From an uncultured Candidatus Saccharibacteria bacterium (GTDB lineage: Bacteria > Patescibacteriota > UBA1384 > XYA2-FULL-43-10 > 1-14-0-10-43-13), in NCBI GenBank assembly GCA_964363695.1, contig CAYIJI010000001.1, forward strand, positions 1-33,942: a stretch of 33,942 nucleotides of DNA, written 5' to 3'. Both the position numbers and the translations under genes were made by a program. Shown in pieces: positions 1 to 7,244 of this stretch. The notes under the pieces were generated by a model that was given only the letters and a program-made list of their open reading frames with translations, did no database searches and was not told the DNA's origin. The first letter of the stretch is position 1; the number at the start of each line of letters is the position of its first letter.

Positions 1-1094
1 GTACAACCTGATTCTTTCATTTCTTTTACTAAGCTTTCGTCAAGCTTGTCTACTCTAGTCTGGCAACCCCACTCAATGTCTTCTTCTTTCAAGTAATTAA
101 AGATGTCCCTGACACTTTCTCTGGAACGGGTTCCATCTTTGCTAAATGCTGTGAAAGTGCTGTCATCAAAGAAAATTGCTTTATATTTTTGTTCTTGAGC
201 TGCTTTAATCTCTTTGATTACTCGATCTGCACTAGAATAATTGAAGCGCTTAGTTTCAGAGCAATATTCACATCCTCCTTTGCAGCCCCTGCAAGACATG
301 ATTTGAGCTGTTTTAACATCCCGGCCATTTTTTTTAAATATGCCGTAATATTTACTCCATTTTTCTTCAAGCAAATGGCGTGGCATGATTGGTAATTGAT
401 TAAGATCAATATTTTTACCACTCAAATTAACGGATTTGTAGTCATCGCCTTGAAGAAAGGATAATTGGCCTTTGCCCTCAAGCGTTGAAAATTCATCTGC
501 TTTAGAGGCAACTAGTTTTTTGATTTCTTCTGGGCTAGCATCTGGATTTGAATAAATTAGTTCCAAAAGCTTATCTAACATATACTCACCATCGCCTGCA
601 GCTGAAAAGTCCATCATATCTGTTCTTTGAATGGTTTTTGTCTCAACATCTCGCTCATGTGCGCCACCAACTATTGTTATGATATCTGGATTAATCTCTT
701 TTGCAATTTCAGCAATTTTGCGAGCTTCAAGCGAAGAGGAAGTGGTGCAACTGATGCCGATGACCTTTGGATGATTTTCTTTTATATATTTTTTAAGATC
801 GTTGTAAAATTTATCATCGTTTGCCGCAGGGTTCATAATCTTCATCTGATTGTCTTTAAGACCTTCTATTTGATTTCGATGCACTTTGTCGGCAAAGACG
901 GAGATTGCGTACATTAAACTAGTCGGTTCGCCTCTAAATTGAACAGCATCGCCGCCATAAGGCGCTTGAATAAAAAGAGCTGGAGGCAATTTCTTTTCAG
1001 CTTCCTTTGTCTCTTCTTCTGGATTGCTTTGCTTTTCAATTGGTTCTTCTTTTATTCCGAGTTCTTCTTCGGAAATAAGTATTTCACCGCTCAT
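1..1094 (-). CDS. B12-binding-domain radical SAM protein; the C-terminal part lies outside the window
   Basis: My own minus-strand translation starts at ATG complement(1092..1094), with AAGGAG 4 nt upstream, and stays open to base 1. It is absent from the ORF track because it has no in-window stop. Sequence: MSGEILISEEELG...KVIGISCTTSSSLEARKIAEIAKEINPDIITIVGGAH (cobalamin-binding-type segment) ... IMSCRGCKGGCEYCSE (CxxxCxxC radical-SAM motif). Confidence 0.6.
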   Translation of the reverse strand, partial: MSGEILISEEELGIKEEPIEKQSNPEEETKEAEKKLPPALFIQAPYGGDAVQFRGEPTSLMYAISVFADKVHRNQIEGLKDNQMKIMNPAANDDKFYNDLKKYIKENHPKVIGISCTTSSSLEARKIAEIAKEINPDIITIVGGAHERDVETKTIQRTDMMDFSAAGDGEYMLDKLLELIYSNPDASPEEIKKLVASKADEFSTLEGKGQLSFLQGDDYKSVNLSGKNIDLNQLPIMPRHLLEEKWSKYYGIFKKNGRDVKTAQIMSCRGCKGGCEYCSETKRFNYSSADRVIKEIKAAQEQKYKAIFFDDSTFTAFSKDGTRSRESVRDIFNYLKEEDIEWGCQTRVDKLDESLVKEMKESGC

Positions 1095-1206
1095 TGTTCT
1101 CCTTTATAATACTTTTTCATTATAGCAGAACCTACTTGTTAGGGAATATTGACAGAGTTTTTCTAAAATGTTACATTAGATGTGCTATAACATTAGCGAG
1201 TAAAAA

Positions 1207-1416
1207 ATGAAAAATATTACAACTAACAAATTGCAGAACGACCTTTCGAAAGTTATTAAGGAAGTTGAGAGCGGGGAAGTTTATCAAGTAGCTCGGTACT
1301 CAAAACCGGTGGCTTATTTGGTTTCAAAAGAAGAGTTCGAGAGTCTTATTGGGGGACAGGATTGTAAGAAGTGTGTTAGTGATTTACGAAAAATCGCCAA
1401 GAACATCAAAGGCTAA
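1207..1416 (+). CDS. Phd/YefM-type antitoxin-like small protein; no partner toxin ORF seen
   Basis: 69 aa. The N-terminal pattern (LSKVIKEVESGEVYQVARYSKPVAYLVSKEEFESL) is typical of the Phd/YefM antitoxin fold. AT-rich repeats follow, not a toxin ORF. Confidence 0.5.
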   Translation: MKNITTNKLQNDLSKVIKEVESGEVYQVARYSKPVAYLVSKEEFESLIGGQDCKKCVSDLRKIAKNIKG

Positions 1417-1529
1417 TTTTCAATTTAAAATTTAGAATTTAAAATCAATTTAAAAAAATTAAATTTTAGAATTTAAAAATTAAGTCATTTGTTATTCAAT
1501 TTAAATTATAAATTAGTAAATTTTAAATT

Positions 1530-2978
1530 ATGAAAAGAATATATCTAGATAATGCGGCGACTACAAATACTGATCCAAAAGTAGTTGAAGCGATGAATGA
1601 ATCGTACCAGTTTTTTGGCAATCCATCGTCTTTACACACTTTTGGGCAGGAGGCTAGAAAATTGGTTGACCAATCGCGAGACAAGATCGCGGAATTTTTG
1701 AACTGCAAGCCAACAGAGGTGATTTTCACTTCAGGTGGATCAGAATCGGATAATTTGGCTATTAGAGGGGTAGTCGACAGTATACAGATAACAGATAACA
1801 GTAAAAAGCCCCATGTGATTACGAGTGCGATTGAGCATCACGCAGTGTTGCACACAGTGCAGGATTTGGAAAAAGAAGGTAAAATTGAAGCAACCTATGT
1901 AAAGCCCAATAAGTTTGGGGTCATACAGACAGAAGATATTAAAAGTGCTATCAAGGACAATACTGTCTTGATTTCGGTTATGTATGTGAATAATGAAGTT
2001 GGCACTGTGCAGCCAATACGGGAAATCGGGCAGATGATTGAGCGCGAGAACGCACTTCGCGCTAAGAATACAGATAACAGAATACAGATAACAGGGAAGG
2101 ATAGAGATTCTGTCTCCTGTATACTGTCTCCTGTATACTTCCATTGTGATGCGGTGCAGGCTGCAGAGTTCTTCAATATGGACACAAAGTATCTCCACGT
2201 TGATCTGTTAACTCTAACAGCTCATAAGTTCCACGGTCCAAAAGGAATTGGCGTTTTATTTGTTAAAAAAGGAACTCCAATTGAGCCGCAAATTGTTGGC
2301 GGCGACCAAGAATTTAGATTTAGAGCAGGGACGGAGAATACGGCCGCAATAAGCGGCTTGAAAGCCGCAATTGCGGAAATTACAAAATCCAATCCGCCAG
2401 CTGGCGGACAAATATCAAACCCGCCTACCGGCGAGGCAGGTAAAAATCCAAATATAAAAAATCAAAACAATACAGACAGTCATTCTGAACCCGAATTTAG
2501 TGGTGAAGAATCTAGTAGCAACGCTACGCTAGATCCTTCGGCTTTGCCTCAGGATGACAAAAAAGATGTTCAGCATGACATTTTTTTTGCTCGAGATGAC
2601 AACTATATAAAAATCAAACAATTGCGGGATAAATTAGAACAATTTATATTAAAAAATATACCTGAAACATATTTAAATGGTGATAGAGAGAAGCGAAGTC
2701 CAGCCATTTCAAATATCAGCTTTAAAAATGCTGAAGGGGAGGCAATTATTTTAAACTTGGATTTCTTGGGGATTGCTGTGTCGTCGGGTTCTGCTTGCAC
2801 GGCTAGAAGTCTTGACCCAAGCCATGTCTTAATGGCGATGGATCTTCCCCGCGAATTGTCTCACGGTGCAATCAGATTCTCTTTAAGCCGAGAAACAACA
2901 GAAGAAGAGGTTGATCGAGTGATTGAAGTGCTGCCAGGAATTATTAAAAAACTGAGAGAGATGAGCCCTTTTAAATAA
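1530..2978 (+). CDS. iscS: Cysteine desulfurase (IscS/NifS family) with three in-frame repeat insertions
   Basis: Family hallmarks: IYLDNAATT, the PLP-lysine region AHKFHGPKGIGVLFV, and the active-site Cys loop SSGSACTARSLDPSHVLMAM. At 482 aa it is about 80-100 aa longer than usual because of low-complexity segments (see repeat features). Confidence 0.9.
   Translation: MKRIYLDNAATTNTDPKVVEAMNESYQFFGNPSSLHTFGQEARKLVDQSRDKIAEFLNCKPTEVIFTSGGSESDNLAIRGVVDSIQITDNSKKPHVITSAIEHHAVLHTVQDLEKEGKIEATYVKPNKFGVIQTEDIKSAIKDNTVLISVMYVNNEVGTVQPIREIGQMIERENALRAKNTDNRIQITGKDRDSVSCILSPVYFHCDAVQAAEFFNMDTKYLHVDLLTLTAHKFHGPKGIGVLFVKKGTPIEPQIVGGDQEFRFRAGTENTAAISGLKAAIAEITKSNPPAGGQISNPPTGEAGKNPNIKNQNNTDSHSEPEFSGEESSSNATLDPSALPQDDKKDVQHDIFFARDDNYIKIKQLRDKLEQFILKNIPETYLNGDREKRSPAISNISFKNAEGEAIILNLDFLGIAVSSGSACTARSLDPSHVLMAMDLPRELSHGAIRFSLSRETTEEEVDRVIEVLPGIIKKLREMSPFK
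2067..2137 (+). repeat. Hairpin-type element in frame in iscS: two tandem 14-mers, a spacer, then two tandem imperfect inverted 14-mers
   Basis: aatacagataacag occurs twice (2067-2094). ctgtctcctgtata occurs twice (2110-2137), and its reverse complement tatacaggagacag matches the first unit at 10/14. Encodes NTDNRIQITGKDRDSVSCILSPVY. Confidence 0.7.
2479..2559 (+). repeat. In-frame copy of the GTCATTCTGAA...TCAGGATGACA palindromic element inside iscS
   Basis: Shares termini and internal blocks (gaagaatctag, tagatccttcg) with the intergenic copy at 26785-26879. Translated as SHSEPEFSGEESSSNATLDPSALPQDD. Confidence 0.7.
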
Positions 2979-3089
2979 CCAAGGAATTTCCAACACAGAT
3001 CTATTACGCAGATCGACACAGATGGCACAAGAGAATCAGCGAATATCAGTGTGATTAATCAGCGTTGGAATTACTTTGAAAGGAAATTT

Positions 3090-3473
3090 ATGGAATATAC
3101 AGAAAAAGTAATGGATCACTTTGCCAATCCCCGCAATGTCGGCGAAATAGAAAATGCTGACGGAGTGGGCGAAGTCGGCAATCTTAAGTGTGGCGATGTG
3201 ATGCAGATATCGATCAAAGTCGGCAAGAGAGCAGGGGAAGAGTATATCGAAGATATTAAGTTTAAGACTTTGGGATGTGCGGCAGCGATTGCTTCTTCCT
3301 CAATGACTACCGAGCTAGCTAGGGGCAAGAGTCTTGAAGAAGCCCAAAAGATTTCCAAAGATGATATCAACGAAGCTTTGGGTAAATTGCCGGCGCCAAA
3401 ATACCACTGTTCGATCTTGGCGGCTGAGGGAATTAAAAAAGCTATTCTTGACTACAAGAACAAGCATAAATAG
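3090..3473 (+). CDS. iscU: IscU/NifU-type Fe-S cluster scaffold
   Basis: MEYTEKVMDHFANPRNVG, GNLKCGD, LGCAAAIASSS and KYHCS supply the three conserved Cys ligands. I prefer the ATG at 3090 (AAAGGA upstream) to the ORF-track start at 3051. Confidence 0.85.
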   Translation: MEYTEKVMDHFANPRNVGEIENADGVGEVGNLKCGDVMQISIKVGKRAGEEYIEDIKFKTLGCAAAIASSSMTTELARGKSLEEAQKISKDDINEALGKLPAPKYHCSILAAEGIKKAILDYKNKHK

Positions 3474-3639
3474 GAAATTACAACACAGAAATATATTGAC
3501 GCTTGACACTAGATGCTAGAAATTAGAATTTGAAATTAGAAACTAGACATTCGAACTTCAGCCTTCTAACTTCAAGATCAAACTTCCAGTTTCGAGAGTC
3601 TAGCCTCAATAACTTAAAGATCAGTGTTGTAAATACATT

Positions 3640-4437
3640 ATGAAAAACTATTTTGACGGTAAGAAGATTAGAGATGAAATAATCGAAGATCTGAAAAATA
3701 AAATAGAAAAAATGGAGCGGAAGCCTGGCTTAGCTGTTTTTTTGATTGGAAATGATGTTATTTGCGAGAGGTATGTTGCTCTTAAAAAGCGAATTGCTGA
3801 GAAAATCGGCATTTTTGTAAGAGTCTACAAATTCGATGAAAATAGCGAGCAGCAAGAAATTATTTCTAAAATAAAAGAGCTAAACACTGATAATACAATC
3901 GATGGAATAATGGTCCAAATTCCTATCCCAAAAAACTTTGATAAGTATGAAATTATTAATGCTATTAGTCCGGAGAAAGACATTGATGGATTGCGCTTTT
4001 GTGCGGGATTTCACTCTCATTTTACTCCGCCAGTCGTTCTTGCAATATTAAAAGCAATTGAGTTAGCGAATAAGGATATAGAAGAATGCAAAGTTTTGGT
4101 GGTTGGCAGAGGTTTACTAGTGGGCTGGCCGGTGGCTCAGTGTATGGAAGAGGCGGTTAAGGGTCTTGTAATTGCTGATGGGAGCACAAAGAACTTGGAA
4201 AATCTTACGGAAGATGCCGATGTGATTATCTCTGCCACCGGTAAATCGAATTTGATTAAACCAGATATGATTAAAGAAGGCGCCGTTCTAATTGATGCCG
4301 GCACTTCGGAGGTTGGGGGAGAGCTTTTGGGCGACATCGATCCAGAGTCTTATAAGAGAGCCTCGTTCTACACGCCGGTTCCGGGTGGAATTGGCCCTGT
4401 TACAGTGGCAATGTTATTGAAGAATTTAGTTGGATAG
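3640..4437 (+). CDS. folD: Bifunctional methylenetetrahydrofolate dehydrogenase/cyclohydrolase
   Basis: DGIMVQIPIP, KDIDGL, VVGRGLLVGWP, ATGKSNLIK and VPGGIGPVTVAMLLKN are FolD hallmarks. Confidence 0.85.
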   Translation: MKNYFDGKKIRDEIIEDLKNKIEKMERKPGLAVFLIGNDVICERYVALKKRIAEKIGIFVRVYKFDENSEQQEIISKIKELNTDNTIDGIMVQIPIPKNFDKYEIINAISPEKDIDGLRFCAGFHSHFTPPVVLAILKAIELANKDIEECKVLVVGRGLLVGWPVAQCMEEAVKGLVIADGSTKNLENLTEDADVIISATGKSNLIKPDMIKEGAVLIDAGTSEVGGELLGDIDPESYKRASFYTPVPGGIGPVTVAMLLKNLVG

Positions 4438-4490
4438 TTAGTTTACAAATATCTTTTGAGAAGTACTGTTAAAAATTGTGCCGTCCGTGC

Positions 4491-4519
4491 TTGACAGGTT
4501 GGTAATTTTAATGTATAAT
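4491..4519 (+). promoter_or_regulatory. Consensus sigma70-type promoter of the DGR target gene
   Basis: TTGACA (4491-4496), an exact 17-nt spacer, then TATAAT (4514-4519). Confidence 0.65.
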
Positions 4520-4680
4520 AGCGCCCAGTTTAGTAATTTGACAATTCCTTTCCTTGGAGCTTAATTGGCTAGCTCACGTAAGATAGCCGGTTAAGCTCTA
4601 AGGAGCAAGAAAGGCGCAATAAATCCTCGAGCATTTGTATTTTACGATTTGCCGAGTAGCGCACGAAGGAGACGGTCGGA

Positions 4681-5604
4681 ATGGCTAAGACCATCGGAAC
4701 TGCAGGCTTCACAGAAATAACGCATGAAAAGTGCGGCAAGGGGATCGCTAGGGTAATAGACGGCGTCCCGCATGTTGAGTGCACACGGAGAGGTTGCCGA
4801 GAATGGGTGCCTCTTCATGGTTTGGTCCAGATGAGTGATATTCAGCAAGTGCTGGCTCTCATAGGATCAGGTCAGGTTTCGTTAGCCGATATTATGGCGC
4901 TAGCAGACCCGTTCACCGCTTATCGGCAGATCGATGGGCTATTCGTGGTTGGCGCGGCGGAGCTGGATCAGCTTTTCCGAACGGAATCTAATCCGCTTGG
5001 ACTCGATTCTGGCTGGGTTCCACAAATACCTGTTCCGAGTGATTTGGATCAGTGGATCCGTTCTGAGCAGTGGCGCACAGACAAGAATTGGCAGACTCGT
5101 GCTGCTCTTGTGTTGGTGCCACCAAAGATCGGGGATTTCCCATCCAGCCTGGTCAGCCAAAGCTATCTGCTTGGAGTGAGCCATGATGGAATCCCCCCTG
5201 GAATTATCCGCTCAGATGTTCTCTGGAGCAACTACTTCGTCCAGCCTAAATACAACTGGGCGATGGAACCGGCAACAGCAGAGTGGCAATGGATGCTCGT
5301 ATACGAGCATCCAGTCTTCATCACGCAGAAGGATTGGGACAAGCAACAGGGAATCGCGCGACAATATAGGATGCCGATTTCCACTGTTGCGCAAGACGCA
5401 TGGGGACTTAATATGGTTCATGCCGTTTACGGTGTTAGCCTCCGTTTGTCAACGTGGTCACGGACAAGTTCCCTCTGCGATGGCAACCCGCTCTACGTCC
5501 GCTCGATCGACGGCAGCGTCAGCGTCTATCAGGGCTGGGATCCTCGGTTTGCGGGCGGCGTTGTGGCGGCTTCCGTCCAGGGAGTTCCAGCACTTGATTG
5601 TTGA
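4681..5604 (+). CDS. DGR variable (target) protein; the C-terminal 38 codons are the variable repeat
   Basis: 307 aa, with AAGGAG 9 nt before the ATG. The 3' end (5472-5585) is the VR. I recognised no signal peptide or TM segment. The N-terminus has a Cys/His-rich stretch (EKCGKG...HVECTRRGC). A C-type-lectin-like fold of the VR domain is expected from DGR biology but cannot be verified by eye. Confidence 0.85.
   Translation: MAKTIGTAGFTEITHEKCGKGIARVIDGVPHVECTRRGCREWVPLHGLVQMSDIQQVLALIGSGQVSLADIMALADPFTAYRQIDGLFVVGAAELDQLFRTESNPLGLDSGWVPQIPVPSDLDQWIRSEQWRTDKNWQTRAALVLVPPKIGDFPSSLVSQSYLLGVSHDGIPPGIIRSDVLWSNYFVQPKYNWAMEPATAEWQWMLVYEHPVFITQKDWDKQQGIARQYRMPISTVAQDAWGLNMVHAVYGVSLRLSTWSRTSSLCDGNPLYVRSIDGSVSVYQGWDPRFAGGVVAASVQGVPALDC
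5472..5585 (+). repeat. DGR variable repeat (VR)
   Basis: Aligns without gaps to 5932-6045 at a constant 460-nt offset. There are 19 mismatches, all where the TR has A. The 3' 24 nt (tgtggcggcttccgtccagggagt) are identical to the TR and GC-rich, as for an IMH (initiation of mutagenic homing). Confidence 0.9.
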
Positions 5605-5633
5605 TAAATTGGCCTTTTTGGGTCTTGATCTTC

Positions 5634-5655
5634 GGGGTCGGCGGTAGCCGACCCC
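5634..5655 (+). terminator. GC-rich hairpin downstream of the VR (DGR homing-associated stem-loop and/or terminator)
   Basis: ggggtcggc / ggta loop / gccgacccc forms a 9-bp perfect stem 48 nt after the VR end, followed by attttc. Confidence 0.55.
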
Positions 5656-5931
5656 ATTTTCATGCCCTAGATTTGTCTTTTTTGTAATTTTTGTTATTAT
5701 ATATTCGAAAGTAGGTAGAGATTTTCGATTTACGAATCGGGAGCGCCGAAATCTCTGAACTTCAATTAGTCAGAATCTGTTAATCCAAGGATTAATGGAG
5801 AGAATGAACGAATGTTTGGAAACTCCGTGCCTGTTTTCTAGAGTAGGTGTTCGGGTTAACCGAGCTACTATCAAATAAAATACAGCTCCAAGAGAAATCA
5901 AAGAGCAGTGCACATAGGTGGAAAATAGGCT

Positions 5932-6045
5932 AATCTACGATGGCAACCCGCTCAACGTCAACTCGAACGACGACAGCGTCAACGTCAATCAGAACTGGAA
6001 TCCTCAGAATGCGGACGACGATGTGGCGGCTTCCGTCCAGGGAGT
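5932..6045 (+). repeat. DGR template repeat (TR), non-coding
   Basis: Adenine-rich counterpart of the VR. In the VR frame it reads AAC/AAT/GAC codons at the variable positions. It lies 30 nt upstream of the RT start. Confidence 0.9.
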
Positions 6046-6075
6046 CTCTAAACTATACAAAAGCATCCTAAAAAG

Positions 6076-7203
6076 ATGCTTTTGTTGCTTTTAACCAACC
6101 GCCTAACATTCTGCCGATTTCTTGCAGTTTTTCTTCCAGAAAAAGATATTTTTTCACAGATTATTAGTATTGAAAACTTATACGAAAGTTGGGCTGAATT
6201 TAAATACGGCAAGCGCAAGAAAGGCGATGTCCAGGCTTTTGAAAGAAAACTGGAAGATAATTTGTTCTCTTTGCGATACGATTTAAAGAATAGAACGTAC
6301 CGACATTCGGATTATACCTCATTTTACATCACTGATCCAAAATTACGCCATATTCACAAAGCGGAAGTACGAGATCGGATTGCGCATCATGCGATTTATA
6401 GAATTTTATACACAATATTTGATAAAGGTTTTATTTACGATTCGTATTCTTGCCGATTAGAAAAAGGCACGCACAAAGCTGTTGCTCGACTTAAAAATTT
6501 TACTCAAAAAGTTAGCAAAAACAATACAATTCCCTGTTATGCTTTGAAATGCGACGTTAAGAAATTTTTTGATTCGGTTGACCATGAAATTTTGCTTTCG
6601 TTAATCAAGAGAAAAATTGCTGATCCAGATACATTATTGTTGCTTGAAGAGATTATCGAAAGTTTTAGTAAACCAACTAAAACCGCTGGTGTTCAGCTAG
6701 ATCTTTTTGATTTGCATCGCGCAAATCGAGAGAGAGAGAGAGAGAGAGAGCTGCAGCCTTCGGCCGCTAGCGGTAAGGGAATCCCAATTGGCAATTTAAC
6801 CAGTCAACTTTTTGCCAATATATACATGAACGAACTTGATCAATTTGTTAAACACAAGCTGAAGATTAAATACTATCTTCGCTATTGCGATGATTTTATT
6901 ATCCTGGGTAATCAAGAGGAAGAGCTGCATAAAATCGTGGAAAGAATTGGCGAGTTTCTTTTCAATAATTTAAAGCTTTCTTTACATCCTAATAAGGTCT
7001 CAATACGAAAATTGAATCAAGGGGTAGATTTTTTAGGCTACATCGTATTGCCGTATTATACAGTTTTAAGGACAAAAACAAGGAAAAGAATGTTGAAGAA
7101 AGTCAATAAAAAGAATTTGTTTTCATATTTGGGGCTTTTGAAGCATTGTGATGGGTATGAGCAGTCCAGATTGATTCTTGATAAAGTAAAGCAGTGCGAA
7201 TGA
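6076..7203 (+). CDS. DGR reverse transcriptase
   Basis: SYSCRLEKGTHKA, LKCDVKKFFDSVDHEIL, GIPIGNLTSQLFANIYMNELDQF (the DGR-specific I/LGxxxSQ motif), YLRYCDDFIILG (YxDD) and LSLHPNKV...GVDFLGY. Contains an in-frame (GA)11 tract. The start codon is uncertain because the ATG at 6076 lies inside a hairpin. Confidence 0.9.
   Translation: MLLLLLTNRLTFCRFLAVFLPEKDIFSQIISIENLYESWAEFKYGKRKKGDVQAFERKLEDNLFSLRYDLKNRTYRHSDYTSFYITDPKLRHIHKAEVRDRIAHHAIYRILYTIFDKGFIYDSYSCRLEKGTHKAVARLKNFTQKVSKNNTIPCYALKCDVKKFFDSVDHEILLSLIKRKIADPDTLLLLEEIIESFSKPTKTAGVQLDLFDLHRANRERERERELQPSAASGKGIPIGNLTSQLFANIYMNELDQFVKHKLKIKYYLRYCDDFIILGNQEEELHKIVERIGEFLFNNLKLSLHPNKVSIRKLNQGVDFLGYIVLPYYTVLRTKTRKRMLKKVNKKNLFSYLGLLKHCDGYEQSRLILDKVKQCE
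6728..6750 (+). repeat. (GA)11G dinucleotide microsatellite inside the RT gene
   Basis: gagagagagagagagagagagag, translated RERERERE, lies just upstream of the IPIGNLTSQ motif. Confidence 0.95.
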
Positions 7204-7244
7204 GACGGATTTGTGATACGATGTTTTGCAGATGGAAACATTAA

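Larger units (their letters stand above)
4491..7203 (+). mobile_element. Diversity-generating retroelement cassette: promoter, leader, target gene with VR, TR, RT
   Basis: A VR/TR pair with A-only mismatches plus a DGR-type RT (see the component features). The target gene is visibly GC-rich compared with its flanks. Confidence 0.9.

Noticed and set aside
189-917. ORFs 189-395(+), 218-421(-) and 627-917(+).
   Set aside because: They are off-frame or antisense within the radical SAM gene. That gene's minus-strand frame gives a coherent B12-binding plus CxxxCxxC protein from 1094 to the window edge.
1416-1525. The AT-rich aattttaaatttagaattt-type repeats (also at 21860-21910 and 24690-24960) might be a CRISPR array.
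   Set aside because: There is no fixed-length direct repeat alternating with unique spacers and there are no cas genes. The units are irregular and also occur in frame within recG. I treat them as a dispersed AT-rich repeat family.
1740-2198. 152-aa and 96-aa minus-strand ORFs inside iscS. The same applies to 9207-9629(-) in recG and to 30962-31392(-) across the Bro-N and comM genes.
   Set aside because: They are antisense to genes with strong family motifs, and no independent signals support them.
3051-3089. N-terminal extension of iscU from the ORF-track start.
   Set aside because: The extension (MINQRWNYFERKF) overlaps an intergenic inverted-repeat element. The family N-terminus and the RBS fit the ATG at 3090.
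4569-5647. Six alternative-frame and antisense ORFs in the track: 4569-4784(-), 4642-4848(-), 4934-5179(+), 4939-5184(-), 5183-5647(+) and 5212-5421(-).
   Set aside because: All overlap the DGR target gene or its leader. Long spurious ORFs are expected in GC-rich DNA. Only the 4681-5604 frame has an RBS and carries the VR in the AAY-codon register.
5656-5931. I searched the VR-TR spacer for an avd accessory gene.
   Set aside because: The only ATG-initiated ORF I found is 27 codons long (5795-5878), far too short for a four-helix-bundle Avd. I treat the region as non-coding DGR RNA or promoter DNA.
6076-7203. The RT might instead be a group II intron maturase or a retron RT.
   Set aside because: The size (375 aa), the IGNLTSQ motif, the adjacent A-mutated TR/VR pair and the lack of any intron domain V/VI-like RNA or maturase X/En domains all point to a DGR. 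No msr/msd-like inverted repeats were seen upstream.
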